From Podarcis filfolensis (lineage: Eukaryota), in NCBI GenBank assembly GCA_964270895.1, contig OZ185435.1: DNA of 64,000 bases. One strand, written 5' to 3'. The translations under genes were made by a program, and so were the position numbers. Positions 39,016-50,522 of this stretch are shown here, piece by piece. Numbering within the stretch: position 1 is the stretch's first letter; every line of letters starts with the position of its first letter. The notes below the pieces were generated by a model. The model saw only the letters and a program-made list of their open reading frames with translations. It was not told where the DNA came from and did not search any database.

Positions 39016-39486
39016 TTTTATTTATACCCTGCCCTCCCCAGCCAAGACCGGGCTCAGGGCGGCTAACAACCAATAATAAAAACAAGCTGATTAAAATACA
39101 ATTTAAAAGATTAAGATACAACATTAAAACATTAGGATGCAGTCTCTTCATAGGAGGAGAAAGGAAAAAGAAAGAGGGGGAGGGAATCAAACTGATTCTA
39201 AGCCAAAGGCCAGGTGGAACAACTCTGTCTTACAGGCCCTGCGGAAAGAAATCAGATCCTGCAGGGCCCTGGTCTCAAGAGACAGAGCATTCCACCAGGC
39301 CAGAGCCAGTGTTGAGAAGGCCCTGGCTCTGGTTGAGGCTAATCTAACTTCCTTGGGGCCCGTGACCTCTAGGGTGTTGCTATATATGGACCATAGGGTC
39401 CTCCGTGGGGCATACCAGGAGAGGCGGTTCCGTAGGTACGAGGGTCCTAGGCCGTGAAGGGCTTTAAAGGTCAAAACCAGCACCTT
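38970..39486 (-). mobile_element. L2 LINE 3' end with (AAT)n tail, inserted in a short CR1 fragment
   Basis: ORF 39187-39483 (LVLTFKALHGLGPSYLRNRL..RAFS..WWNAL..KTELF); (AAT)n at 38970-39014; CR1 string ccttatgaggaacagtt | gagggagttgggtatatttagcc is split around it. Confidence 0.85.
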
Positions 39487-39741
39487 TAAAGTTGAGGGAG
39501 TTGGGTATATTTAGCCAGGAACTCTCTACCCTATTGCTGTTTACCTCTGATTCAGCGGTAAAATGTGAGTTTTCCTGGGGAAAGCTGGAGGAGGGAGCAC
39601 ACTCAGGCACTTTGCTCTAAAGCCCAGACCTGTGCCTAGAAATGCAGCACAAAAGGAAGTCTGGCTGAGCCCTTAAGCATGCGATCACACCGGCATCCTA
39701 CTACCCACCCACTCTCATTTCCCACCCCTAGTCCAGACTTT

Positions 39742-40118
39742 AGGTAAAAAAAAAAAAAGGTAGAGGACCCCTGGACAGTTATATCCAGTCAAAGGCAACT
39801 ATGGGGTTGTGGTGCTCATCTTGCTTCAGGCTGAGGGAACTGGTGTTTGTCCAAAGACAGCTTTCCGGGTCATGTGGCCAGCATGACTAAACTGCTTCTG
39901 ATGCAACAGAACACCATGACAGAAACAGTGTTTACCTTCCCGCCACAGTGGTACCTATTTATCTACCTGCACTGGTGTGCTTTCGAACTGCTAGGTTGGC
40001 AGGAGCTGGGACAGAGCAACGGGAGCTCACCCCGTCGCGGGGATTTGAACCGCCAACCTTCTGATCAGCAAGCCCAAGAGGCTCAGTGGTTTAGACCACA
40101 GCGCCACCTGCGTCACTC
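39742..40118 (-). mobile_element. Sauria SINE (Squam1)
   Basis: Homologous to 207-570; 12-bp TSD agtccagacttt (39730-39741, 40119-40130). Confidence 0.9.
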
Positions 40119-42444
40119 AGTCCAGACTTTTACACTGCCGGTCTCAATTCTTTGTCTCCCATGTCCCAGTTTACGACTACCTATTTTTCCAAAAATCCTT
40201 TCTGGGCAGCAGAGACAGGTATTTTTAATCAACTAACTTTTCTAGCACAAATAGGATGTTGTAAACCACAGTACTGTCTAACACTTCCAGGTTTAAGTCC
40301 ACTTGTTTAATTCTGTAACCACAGCGAGTGGTCACACTGAGATGGTTGGACTTTTCAAAACCATGTTGTGGGTCTACTGTGCTACACGAGAAAGAAACTC
40401 TTCCCACTCCATGCATAAAATCTGACACACACAAAATTTGACACACATACTTCGTGCTAGTCATAGCCGTTGTTTCCAGCAGTTTTCAGTTTTCCCTTCT
40501 CATCACAATCCACTCGTCATAAAAGTACCTTTGGGAGAACAGATCTTCATCTGTTTCAAGTTTATTTGGCTCCACTGAAATTGAGGGAATTTTGCGAGGT
40601 CATTTAGATCAATATTTTAAGAGACAATTTCCTGAATTCTGGTGCAATTGCTCATATAGCTCATCTTCATAAGTTATTCACAATGTCAGATATTTTATTT
40701 TAACTCCTCAGAAGCTTCTCCACTTGGGTTGCCAATGCTTGCAGCAAACATTTCAGATTTTGTCAGGGCCTGGGAGTGGAGTCCATCAGTTTGAAGAGGG
40801 CCTTGAGGGGGGTTTCAGTGGTTTTGGGTGGGTCTAGAGCAGTGCTCCCCAAAGTGGATCATACCACCCCTGGGTATATGTTTCCATTTGATTCTGACTC
40901 TTCCATCGAAGAGAATAGAGAATTACAAAGCATGGGGGAGCTCCATGGGTGCATCAAAGCAGGGGAGGACTTTCAAATTTCAGCTGCATCCTGTGCAAGG
41001 CCAAAATGTGGTTCTCCGCCCCCCCCCCCCGCCTTCTGTTCTGCTCCATTCACAATGCCATAGTTGTGATGCCCTGTGGCGCCCCCAAGGCCCAGTGCAG
41101 CGGAATCAGCTGTGCTGCCCTAAATCCATCTCTGATTAAAGTTTCTGTACCTACAAGGTATTTCTGGACTGAGGCACTGGTATAGGAGCTTTGTTTCAGC
41201 TTTCAGCTGACCTTTGGAGTTTATCTGTTGCGTCTGTTATATACTGCAAGTTATGTTACGATCTAGAGATGTTTGTGATGGCCATTCTCCTTCTGCAAAG
41301 GATTGGGAACCAAATCTTACAGTAGAGCAGCATGGATCCCCTTTGTTACATTATGATGGTGATGATATTAATTTAATATTTGTACCCCACCCATCTGACT
41401 GGGTTGTATACAGTATACAGTACAATACTTCACTGAAATCGGCTGTTCCCAGAATAATTTTCCCTACATTCAAGGATGGCCTCCATATCTATCCCTGCAA
41501 AATCAAGTCGACTGCTCTTAATCAAGCTATGTATCACACCCATTCATTTTCTAATTATCTCATCAAGAAAATTGTTTTAGCATACCTTGATTAAAATAAT
41601 GAAATTCCATCATACAAAGAAGATGCAGCTTTAACACCAGCCATGACTTTTAAAGTAGGCCTTTGATAGCAAAGCTAAGGAAGAAGTGATATGACAAATA
41701 AATGCATTTCATTTCTTTATTTTAAGAATGCATAGCCCACCTTATCCTTTAATCTCTGCATTTATTAAATTTATATCTTGCCTCTCCAAACAATTTGTAC
41801 TCTTCAAAGTGATCTCATCAAGATCTCAGAGGCTGAGAACTAGTGTTTAGTATAGAACACTGAATATTTTATTAATGCTTTAATTTGTACGGGGTTGAGC
41901 TCTTTAACTTGATGTAGCAGATTTAGATGTTAGTACTGCAGTGCCTCAGAGGTGACATTAAGCATCACCCTGCTTCGAGGTTGCCTCAGCAGCATGAGAA
42001 TAAAATCCAAATTTTGAAGGGGAAAAAAGTTGTAAGCAATTTGTTCTGAATGCTAATATTTAACCACGTATTCCTTACTGTGATTTATAATTCTCTCGCA
42101 AGTCCAGCTCACAGGCACAAAATGCCAATGCTCCATATGTCCATGGTTTTAAATACTGAAATTATGCAGTTTTTGTATTCTAGACTTTGGACATTTCTTT
42201 TCAAATGAGGCAGACTTCTGAGACGCCAACTCAAAAGGCCAACTCTCATCTGCCTCGTTTTATCGGGTTTTAAGAGCCTGTCTAAATTTTGTGAGAACTT
42301 TCCAAAGATTGGTTTGCAAGTAGGTTTCTGCTTACATCCAGAGTTTCCTGTGGAAATCTGAAACATTTGCTTACCCTAGTCATTGACATGTGAGGGAACT
42401 GGTTTAATTGTCACACTATAGCACCACAAGGTCCAGAATGTGGT

Positions 42445-42644
42445 AAAAACACAGGAGGTTGCCTTGTATTGTGTTATACTATTGGTTCATCTAGCCGAAT
42501 ATGGTCTACACAGATTGGCAGCAGCTTTCTCCAGGATTTCAGACCAGGTTCTCTCCCAGTCCTACCTCAAGATGCTGAGGACTGAACCTGAGACCTTCTG
42601 CATGCAAAGAAGATGCTATATACCACTAAGCTATGCCCCTTCCC
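42445..42644 (-). mobile_element. tRNA-derived SINE with CR1-like tail (family of 32236)
   Basis: Antisense head gaacctgagaccttctgcatgcaaag..accactaagctatgccccttccc. Confidence 0.65.
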
Positions 42645-42989
42645 CATGATATGATGGTAGCACCATATGGAAAGGCGATCGAGGAAAGCATTGCATGGTA
42701 TTGCCATATTTTACAAATGTGAGAATCTAGACTCAGTATCATATGTCCTTCCCATCAGAGTTGGGTAAAGATGTCCAGATGCCTAATGGAGGCAGTAATG
42801 GGATGGAGAAGGGTCTACTGTATATTTAAACTCAAGCCGAATTGTGAAAAGAGGGAGGTACAATGGATTGGAGGTACCTGTGTCAGGAATTAGGAGAATG
42901 GGCTATGCTGGGCTTTCAGTCCCCCTGAAGGATCAGGTACATAGTTTGGAGGTACTCCTTGATTCATGGTTTGGAGTACCTATTTCTAG

Positions 42990-43323
42990 CAGGGGTGGAG
43001 GAAGGGAGGTGCAGTGGGTGCGGGCCACCCCAGGTGTCACCACTGAAGGGGTGACAAAATGCCAGGTGGCACTCACCGTGCCCGAGCCACGCATCTCTCC
43101 TGGGAGAGACGTGGTGGCTTGGGCGCATGCAGGCTCCGCGCTGCCCAAACGGTCTGCCCGCTGCCTCCCCCCAGCTGTAAGGTGGCTGAGTGGGAGGAGG
43201 CAGACAGACACTGGAGGCCCTGCGGTGCTCGCCCCGCGGTGCTCGCCCTGCCCTCGCCCCGCTCCTATAGGCGACTTGCCCTGCTCCAGGAGTACCACCC
43301 CAGGCACCTGAGCGCCTCCACTG
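42990..43323. mobile_element. GC-rich hAT-like MITE
   Basis: Termini caggggtggagg / cgcctccactg; flanked by direct repeat ctatttctag (42980-42989, 43324-43333). Confidence 0.7.
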
Positions 43324-46300
43324 CTATTTCTAGCTGCAGCTGGTCATGATGCCCCCTCCCAAATCTTGAGATCTGTAGTTTGTCAAGGGTCTCCTACGAA
43401 CTCTCAGTGCTCTATACAAACTGCAGTTCCCAAAATTCTTCGGCAGAAGCCACGACTTTTTCCATGGCATAAGAGCACTTTATGGTGTGGCTGTGACCCC
43501 AGTGAATGTAATGCAACTTCTTCCCAATGAAATTGTGGATTACTGTCCAAATACTATTTTTTTTCTTTTTGGTGAGAGGAGATATTTGTGGTGTTAGCTG
43601 TAAGCTTCCAGCAGGAATAGCTTCTGCATGTTGTTAAGCTCCATCCTGTTATTGTCTAATGAAATGCAACAGGGTGACATGTTGAATTTAAATAATGATC
43701 GGCTGGCCAAGCTGCTAAACATTTCAGCGCTCTACCTATTGCCAGCTGACAATGCTCCTTGCTGGCCATATGGCCCCTTTTCTGGCTGAAATTATGTGGA
43801 AGATTCAGCACAAATAGAGCATCCCTAAAGAGAAGGGCTCTTTATGAATCATACATGACCTGCCACTGTAGATGCCTCGTGCCTGAAATCCTGGCATATT
43901 TCCATCTTTCGCTTAAGAAAAAATTAAACCAACTGTACATTGGGTCGGTTGGGTTTCAAAGTATTAAATACTGTTTCTTTTTGTACAGGTTGCATGTCAG
44001 TGTTGTGGATGATGGGTTTCACAGAAAAAGATTATTTATATCTCTGAAAACGTATATTGCCATTTGAAATATTACCTACGCTTGCTGGGTCATGTTCACC
44101 TAGAGAAGAAGAGTCTGATAAATAAGGAGAAATCGTAGGGTGAAACAATGTTTGCAGAGCCTTATGACCCTGGTTTCAAAGGATGTCAGGGGCAAAGGCG
44201 ATGTTACATGTGAGTGAGCATAGCAAAGTTGCAATAGAGCTTCTGGTTGTTGTTTAACTGAAATCACTCTTGGGAGGTGCTATTTTCGGTAGAGGGATGA
44301 TGGGTGAAGGTGGTACATTTTATCTGCTTGCTGTTTCCCCACTAAACTTTGCCTCCTAGTCTGCTTCCCCCTCCATCAAGCAGTTCCATGTGCGTGGACA
44401 CAAGCGCTGGTTTGTTACAACATAGGAACTGCAGGGCATTTGTGAAGTAATGGAGCAGTGTAATGAATTTCAAACTTCATTAAGTGACATCCCTCCTACA
44501 TTTCCACACTTTTCTGACTCAAAATTGCATGCCCATTTGACTCCTTTGCATCACTTTCTATCCGGCCTCTGAGGAACTTTTCCTTTGACTCCGTTTCACT
44601 GACAGCCTGAGGTAACTGTGAGCTGCAGCAACACATAGAATTGGTTCCTGCTGGCAGCAGCTGGAATGTTTTGGGACGAGAGCATGAATTGGCAGTTCCT
44701 TTTGGCTGTGGAGCTGGCAGATCCTTTGATTTATTGATATGCCAAGATTTTGCAGGTTTTGAAGGACCACATCTGGGGGAAGTTCTTGCACATCTATTGT
44801 TGCACTTGGGTTGAAGATACCTGTTTTCTGGGCCCAGATTAACAGTGACGAATGCTTCCTGCTTTCTGACTGGTCTCTACCTTGCTATAGTCTGCCATCC
44901 CCCACTTTCAAATCAAATTGTCGTCTTTGGGAATATCAACCTGGGATTGCAGTTCCTATCCTTGTTTCCAGTTGTTTCTTTTACTATTCACTGTAGACTA
45001 TGCTCAGTTGGATAAAGATGGGTTTGTAAGAAGACGATGGTTTTCAAACAGTTACTGTATTGTCTCTTCATTTCATTAAGGGCTTTGTACAATACTGTAT
45101 TGATGAGAATTCCCACTTTAGAAAAGAGAACGCAGTCAAACTTTTAAACGTCTTTTTAGTGGATTAACTATTCTTCCTTTAACTAATTGATCTATTACTT
45201 ACTCAGTTAGAATGTATGCTCTCCTTTTGTAAGAGACAGATCAATTGCTACTTAATCTATTTCTTTTCATTAAATAATAAATTACACGCACATACATGCA
45301 CACCAATCAATCTTAGCCTTACAACCTTCCCAGCACACAGTAGTTCTGCTCGCTCTATTCATAACAGAAATTCGACAGACACACAAAGGATCATATTCAA
45401 AGTCTGCCCACAACAAGGACCACAATTCTTTCAGATTTGCTTTTTTTTTAAAGACCTACCATAATTCAGCATGTTAATGTAAGAAACACCCCAGCCATGC
45501 AGCTTCTTTTATTCCATGTGCTGCAAGCGCTTGGTGTTCAAGGACTAGACCACCTGATTTATCATTAGCAATTCATTGTGCTAACAGAATTAACAGAGCC
45601 TTACTTTATCCTAAGATAGCATCAGTTCATGGCCTTATTCTGTCTGCCTTTCCTCTGAACAGACTGAGAAGCAAAGGTGAAAAAATTGTCAGTGGTACCG
45701 ACATCTAAATGCATGATTCTAAAAATAGTGGGTGACGGAACATGGGGGGGGGGAGAAAATAAGTATGTCACAATTTCAGCACTAATGGCAATTTTTTCAA
45801 TGGAAAAAACCATGCAATTCTACTTTTACTCTCTGTAAAAGTTCTCAAGCCCTATATTTTCTGAAGGGTGTCAGATATTTCAGAATAAGAAGGACTTGTC
45901 TCACTTGATCAACAATCAGTACACTTGATTGCTGTTATGTGTGAGGCAAGGTACATCCATTACTATCCACAGAATTGTGAGATTTGCAATTAATAGACAT
46001 TCGTTATGTTCGCTGAGACTGGGACGATGATCCGGAATAAGAGAAAACTCTGTGCCTTGCCAAATGCAAGGTGGTTCTTTTAAAATGAGATTCAGAGGCA
46101 ATACAAACACAAGTGAGTGAGAAGATTAAATATTTTATTCTAAACAGCAAGCAATATATACATTACCAAGCAAACACTTCGATCTGCCACCTGGAAGCCC
46201 TCAAGAAGTGGCAAGGTGATCCATCAGGTACCCTCAGGTTGCACAGCCCTGCAGCCATCAGTCCATGCATGATCTTCTCAGAACTAGGCCCCTGCACCAT

Positions 46301-46416
46301 CTGATTTATAGATAGCTAAACTGTTAGCCCCCTCTCCCAATACCTTACTTTCTTCAAACAATGTCTAACATCAAAAAAGGTGAAGGTACCCAGCACTCTC
46401 ACTTCCTTCCAATATA

Positions 46417-46417
46417 C

Positions 46418-46452
<35 letters not shown>

Positions 46453-46590
46453 ATTTATTATTATTATTATTTTATACCCTGCCCATCTGGCTGGGTTTCC
46501 TCAGCCACTCTGGGTGGCTTCCAGCAAAAATTAAAAATACATGAAAACACCAGTCATCAAAAACTTCCCTAAACAGGGCTGCCTTCAGAT
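46417..46590 (-). mobile_element. L2 LINE 3' tail with compound (TAG)n/(TTA)n microsatellite
   Basis: ttataccctgcccatctggctgggtttcctcagccactctggg..cagggctgccttcagatgtc; visible tandem repeats. Confidence 0.7.
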
Positions 46591-46782
46591 GTCTTCTAAA
46601 CATCATTTCTTTTTAAAGGCTGTTCTTCAGCCATCAAAGAGCTTAGAGAAGGGGAAAAGGAAGGAGCAGGGGGTAGGAAGAAGGCAACCAAATTAGATCC
46701 CTAAATTTCTCGAAATACAAATATCTTCTGGGGTAGATTGCCCACACACTCTGAATTCTCAAGTAGCATCAGAAACTGAGTA

Positions 46783-47113
46783 CCGTATTTTTCGCCCTAT
46801 AGGACACACTTTTTCCCCTCCAAAAATGAAAGGGAAATGTGTGTGCGTCCTATGGGGCGAATGCAGGCTTTCACTGAAGCCTGGAGAGCGAGAGAGGTCA
46901 GTGCGCACCGACCCCTCTAGCTCTCCAGGCTTCACGCAGCTCTCCGCAAGCTGTGGGAGCCCGGCGCTGGGCTCCCACGGCTTGCAGAGAACTGCCTGTT
47001 CTGGGGGCTGGGGTCGGGGGAAGCTCGGAAAATAAATTTCCCCCCTTTATTTCCCCCCCAAAAAACTAGGTGCGCCTTATGGGCTGGTGGGTCCTATGGG
47101 GCGAAAAATACGG
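46783..47113. mobile_element. Tc1/mariner (Tc2/pogo-like) MITE
   Basis: TIR ccgtatttttcgccc(t/c)ataggac on both ends; TA TSD. Confidence 0.88.
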
Positions 47114-48387
47114 TAATGTAAGATGGCACCCAAATAGGGATATATAGGCATATTAATTAATTAATTTGAACTGGAATGTTTGCTTATTGAAGAAGGTATC
47201 TTTCTGAGGATCAGAAAAAGAATTTGGCTTTCCTGTACTGTATAATATTTTTCTTTTCTTTTGCCTAGAATCTAAGACGGATTTATCTTTAAAACAGTGA
47301 CCTCTTCCATAGTTAAAGACCTCCTACTCAAAATAAATAGATATTTAAAGAAGAAAATAAATGGAGAGTATTCTCAGAGCCTGATCATTAACCCAGTCAA
47401 CAAACAGATTTGCTGGTTTTAAAAATGTAATTTACCAGCATTGCTTCCTGTGTAAATTATTGAAGAAACTTCCAATCAGTGGCATAATTATTAGATGCAT
47501 CCCCCAAAGCAATCTGCATATTGACTTCAGAAAGTGCCTTCTGTGGGTTTGGAAAACATGCAATTTAGTTGTAGACTCAAAGGTAAATATTAGTATTTGG
47601 ATAGTGCTCAGAAGACGTAATTAAGCCCAACATTCTAATGCCTCTGTGCTTCATTTATGAAAGCTCCACAACTGCAATTTAATCTTGCTGATGAAAATGA
47701 ACACAGTCCTTTCCCCCTTGATGATGCTTACAGTTGGTGCTTACAAATGCCAGAATCACATTTCACTATTCTAGATAAGGTCTGATTTCACAGCTTTTCA
47801 TTTAAAGCCAAAATCTATTATTTTGAATATTTGCATCTTCATTAATATTTGATCAGGGTCAACTTGACCTCCATAAATGCTTGATAAAGCTCAATCCAGA
47901 TTTTTACAAAAATAAATAAAAAAGACTGAGTCCCTGTGCTATGCTATGTATGAGAGTTAATGTGACATAGTGGGCAGGGTGCTGAACATTAACCTTAGCT
48001 CAAATCCCCCCAATTGCAAAGACTGCCAGCTTTTAGTCCCCAGTTCCTCATATCCAAAATGGGAAAATGGATGATAGAACAACTGGTGCTTTGTCAAGAT
48101 GAGTAGTGAGCAAGCAATTTTGTGTATTTAATGTTCAAACAAGAGCATTAAAGAACATACAGTTCAGCTGCCACTACGGTATCCTTGTAAAACAGAAAAC
48201 ATGACTTGACACCATTAAGTTGCACATTGTCCCATCTATGTGGCCAACAGGTAATGCACAATACAGACACATCACATCATGCATAGTGCTTACCTAGATC
48301 ATAATAAGGACAAGTCAGAAAGAGACATGGACTCTGGTGATAGCTCCATATTTGTTGTAACATCTAGCAAACATCTACAGCAGAGAT

Positions 48388-48572
48388 GTTATAAAACTAC
48401 CTTTCACCAAGTCAGACCGTTCATCCATCTAGCTTAGTATTGTCTCCATGCTGACTGGCAGTGACATTCTAGGGGTTCGGGCAGGGTTGTTTCCTAGCCC
48501 TATGTGAAGATGCTAGTGACTGATCTTCTGTATACAAAGTAGAGGCTCTACCACTGAGCCATGGTTCTTCCC
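48388..48572 (-). mobile_element. Degenerate tRNA-derived SINE (family of 32236)
   Basis: aagtcagaccgttcatccatctagcttagtattgtc..ctctaccactgagccatggttcttccc. Confidence 0.55.
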
Positions 48573-49534
48573 AAAGTAGCCCAACACTGTTGGACTCCAA
48601 CTTCCATCAGTCCTAGCCAGCACCCCGAACTTTATAATGATGGGAATTGGAGTCCAACAACACCTAGAATGCCACAGGTTCCTCATTCCTGCCCTGCAAT
48701 ATTGTTTCCCATTTGCTATTATTCATAATATGCTGGATCAGATGAATGGTCTGTACAGCACCAGAAGTGGTCAGTAATGTGCCCTTGGGAAACTCAAAGG
48801 CATGACAATAGCTCTCTCTTGTTGATGGTGGTAGTTATTACTTGTTGTTTTCCCCCATTGGAGTTATATAGTCTCTGGAATCAAGGCTCCATTCTGATCT
48901 ACTACTTGACTAATGTCTATTGATGCCACAGAAGATATTGTCACCCATTTCGGCAGGAGGGTTCCTGAGGGGGAGATGGCGGTTGTCATCTACATTTAGA
49001 TTCCATGCACCATTTTGAAACAAGATGGCAGACTAAAATGTGACTGTGGTGTGTTTCCCCACTTTTTGGGATGAAACTGCCCCAATCAGGAGGCTCTGAA
49101 GGTATCGCTGCCCAGTTTGGTGGGATGATTCCAACCTGAGTCAGTTTGGATGGCACTGAGGATACTATTACCCAACTCAGTACGAGGGTTCCCAAGAGTG
49201 GAGGAGCAGGACTTTGTGTTCAGATGCTGTACATCAAGAAGGCAGGCCAAATTAACCCCAATTAAACATTAATTCTCCCCCTTTACAGACACAAAGGGTT
49301 CAGGTGTTCCTGCGTCAATGTGCATATGTGTGGGTGTGCAGGCACACAGCCCTAAACCTCTCAAATCACACTATTCAATTTTTTAAAATCACATCTTTTT
49401 CCCTTGAATTCCTGGGCAGCACCAAGTACTCCCTCCTCCTCCTCCTTCTTAATAAAAAGCTGAACTTTATTAGAATTCTCCAAAAATGCTTGGAGTCCCA
49501 GTCTATTCTGAAGTGAGATTACTTGGGTTTTGCG

Positions 49535-50314
49535 TGTTGAGGTCCCCAGGGCCACCCCAAAAACTCACACATCACACAGAAATTTTATTTAAGGTTTTTG
49601 GCATAATTTTTGGCCACAACTTTATTAAAATACAAAAACGTGAGTGGTTGCTTAGGCATTGGTTGCAACTATCTGCGCCCCCATGGGGGACAGACTGACA
49701 TTCCACACACCTGTGAAAGTCAGAAAAGGGAAATACACTTGGGTGTAGCAACGGAGCAGGGAACCTGCCCTCAGCCCTCCCCAAATGCAACCAGGGGCTC
49801 TTACATGGCCCGAGCCCCTTGACAGGGTGGACAAAAGCAATAGTGAGCCCCTGTATTCCTTTAACAGAATCCCTTGCAGCAGCATTAGAGGGGCAGGCAC
49901 AGCCAATCCATGCCCCTCAACCAACCAAACCATAAACCAATGCCTAACCACAACCTTACAAGTTGTGACGATTTGCTACACAGTAGGCAAAAACTAAATG
50001 GCACCAGCCAATCAGCCAGATGGACAAATTCCTACCAGGCCCCTGCCCCAAGAGCGGACAACCCCATGACAGGCATAGCAAGGTCAAAGCGAACGACCCT
50101 AAATATAGGGAGGGGGGACGGGCAATCTGATGCACGGGACGAAAGAGGAAGCTTTACACCTCGTGCAGGGAGTTTTAGCATTTCTGGCTGTCAATCAACA
50201 AATGGCAACATTAACTTCTTCCCATCAACAAGGGAAGCCCAATCACATCAGTGGCCAACGATCAATTAGCCCGCCCCACAACTTGGGAGTGTCCTGTCAG
50301 CCCCCACCGCAACA
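49535..50314 (-). mobile_element. LTR-like repeat, class unresolved
   Basis: TG...CA with inverted ends tgttgaggt / accgcaaca; AATAAA on minus near 49621; no TSD found. Confidence 0.4.
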
Positions 50315-50387
50315 CGTGCTCTCCATGAAGGAGAACACGCTTTGCCCATCTCTTGTTAAATCTGAAATAATCACACAAACTTTATAC

Positions 50388-50522
50388 CAGGCATGGGCAA
50401 ACTCGGCCCGCCAGATGTTTTTGGCCTACAGCTCCCATGATCCCTAGCTAGCAGGACCGGTGGTCAGGGGTGATGGGAATTGTAGTCCAAAACATCTGGA
50501 GGGCCGAGTTTGCCCATGCCTG
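50388..50522. mobile_element. Palindromic hAT (Buster/Charlie-like) MITE, family of 43-178
   Basis: TIR caggcatgggcaaactcggccc / gggccgagtttgcccatgcctg; TSD ctttatac / ctttacac. Confidence 0.9.

Noticed and set aside
44997-45025. 29-nt exon-like segment (DYAQLDKDGF)
   Set aside because: Too short to distinguish from chance splice-signal pairs
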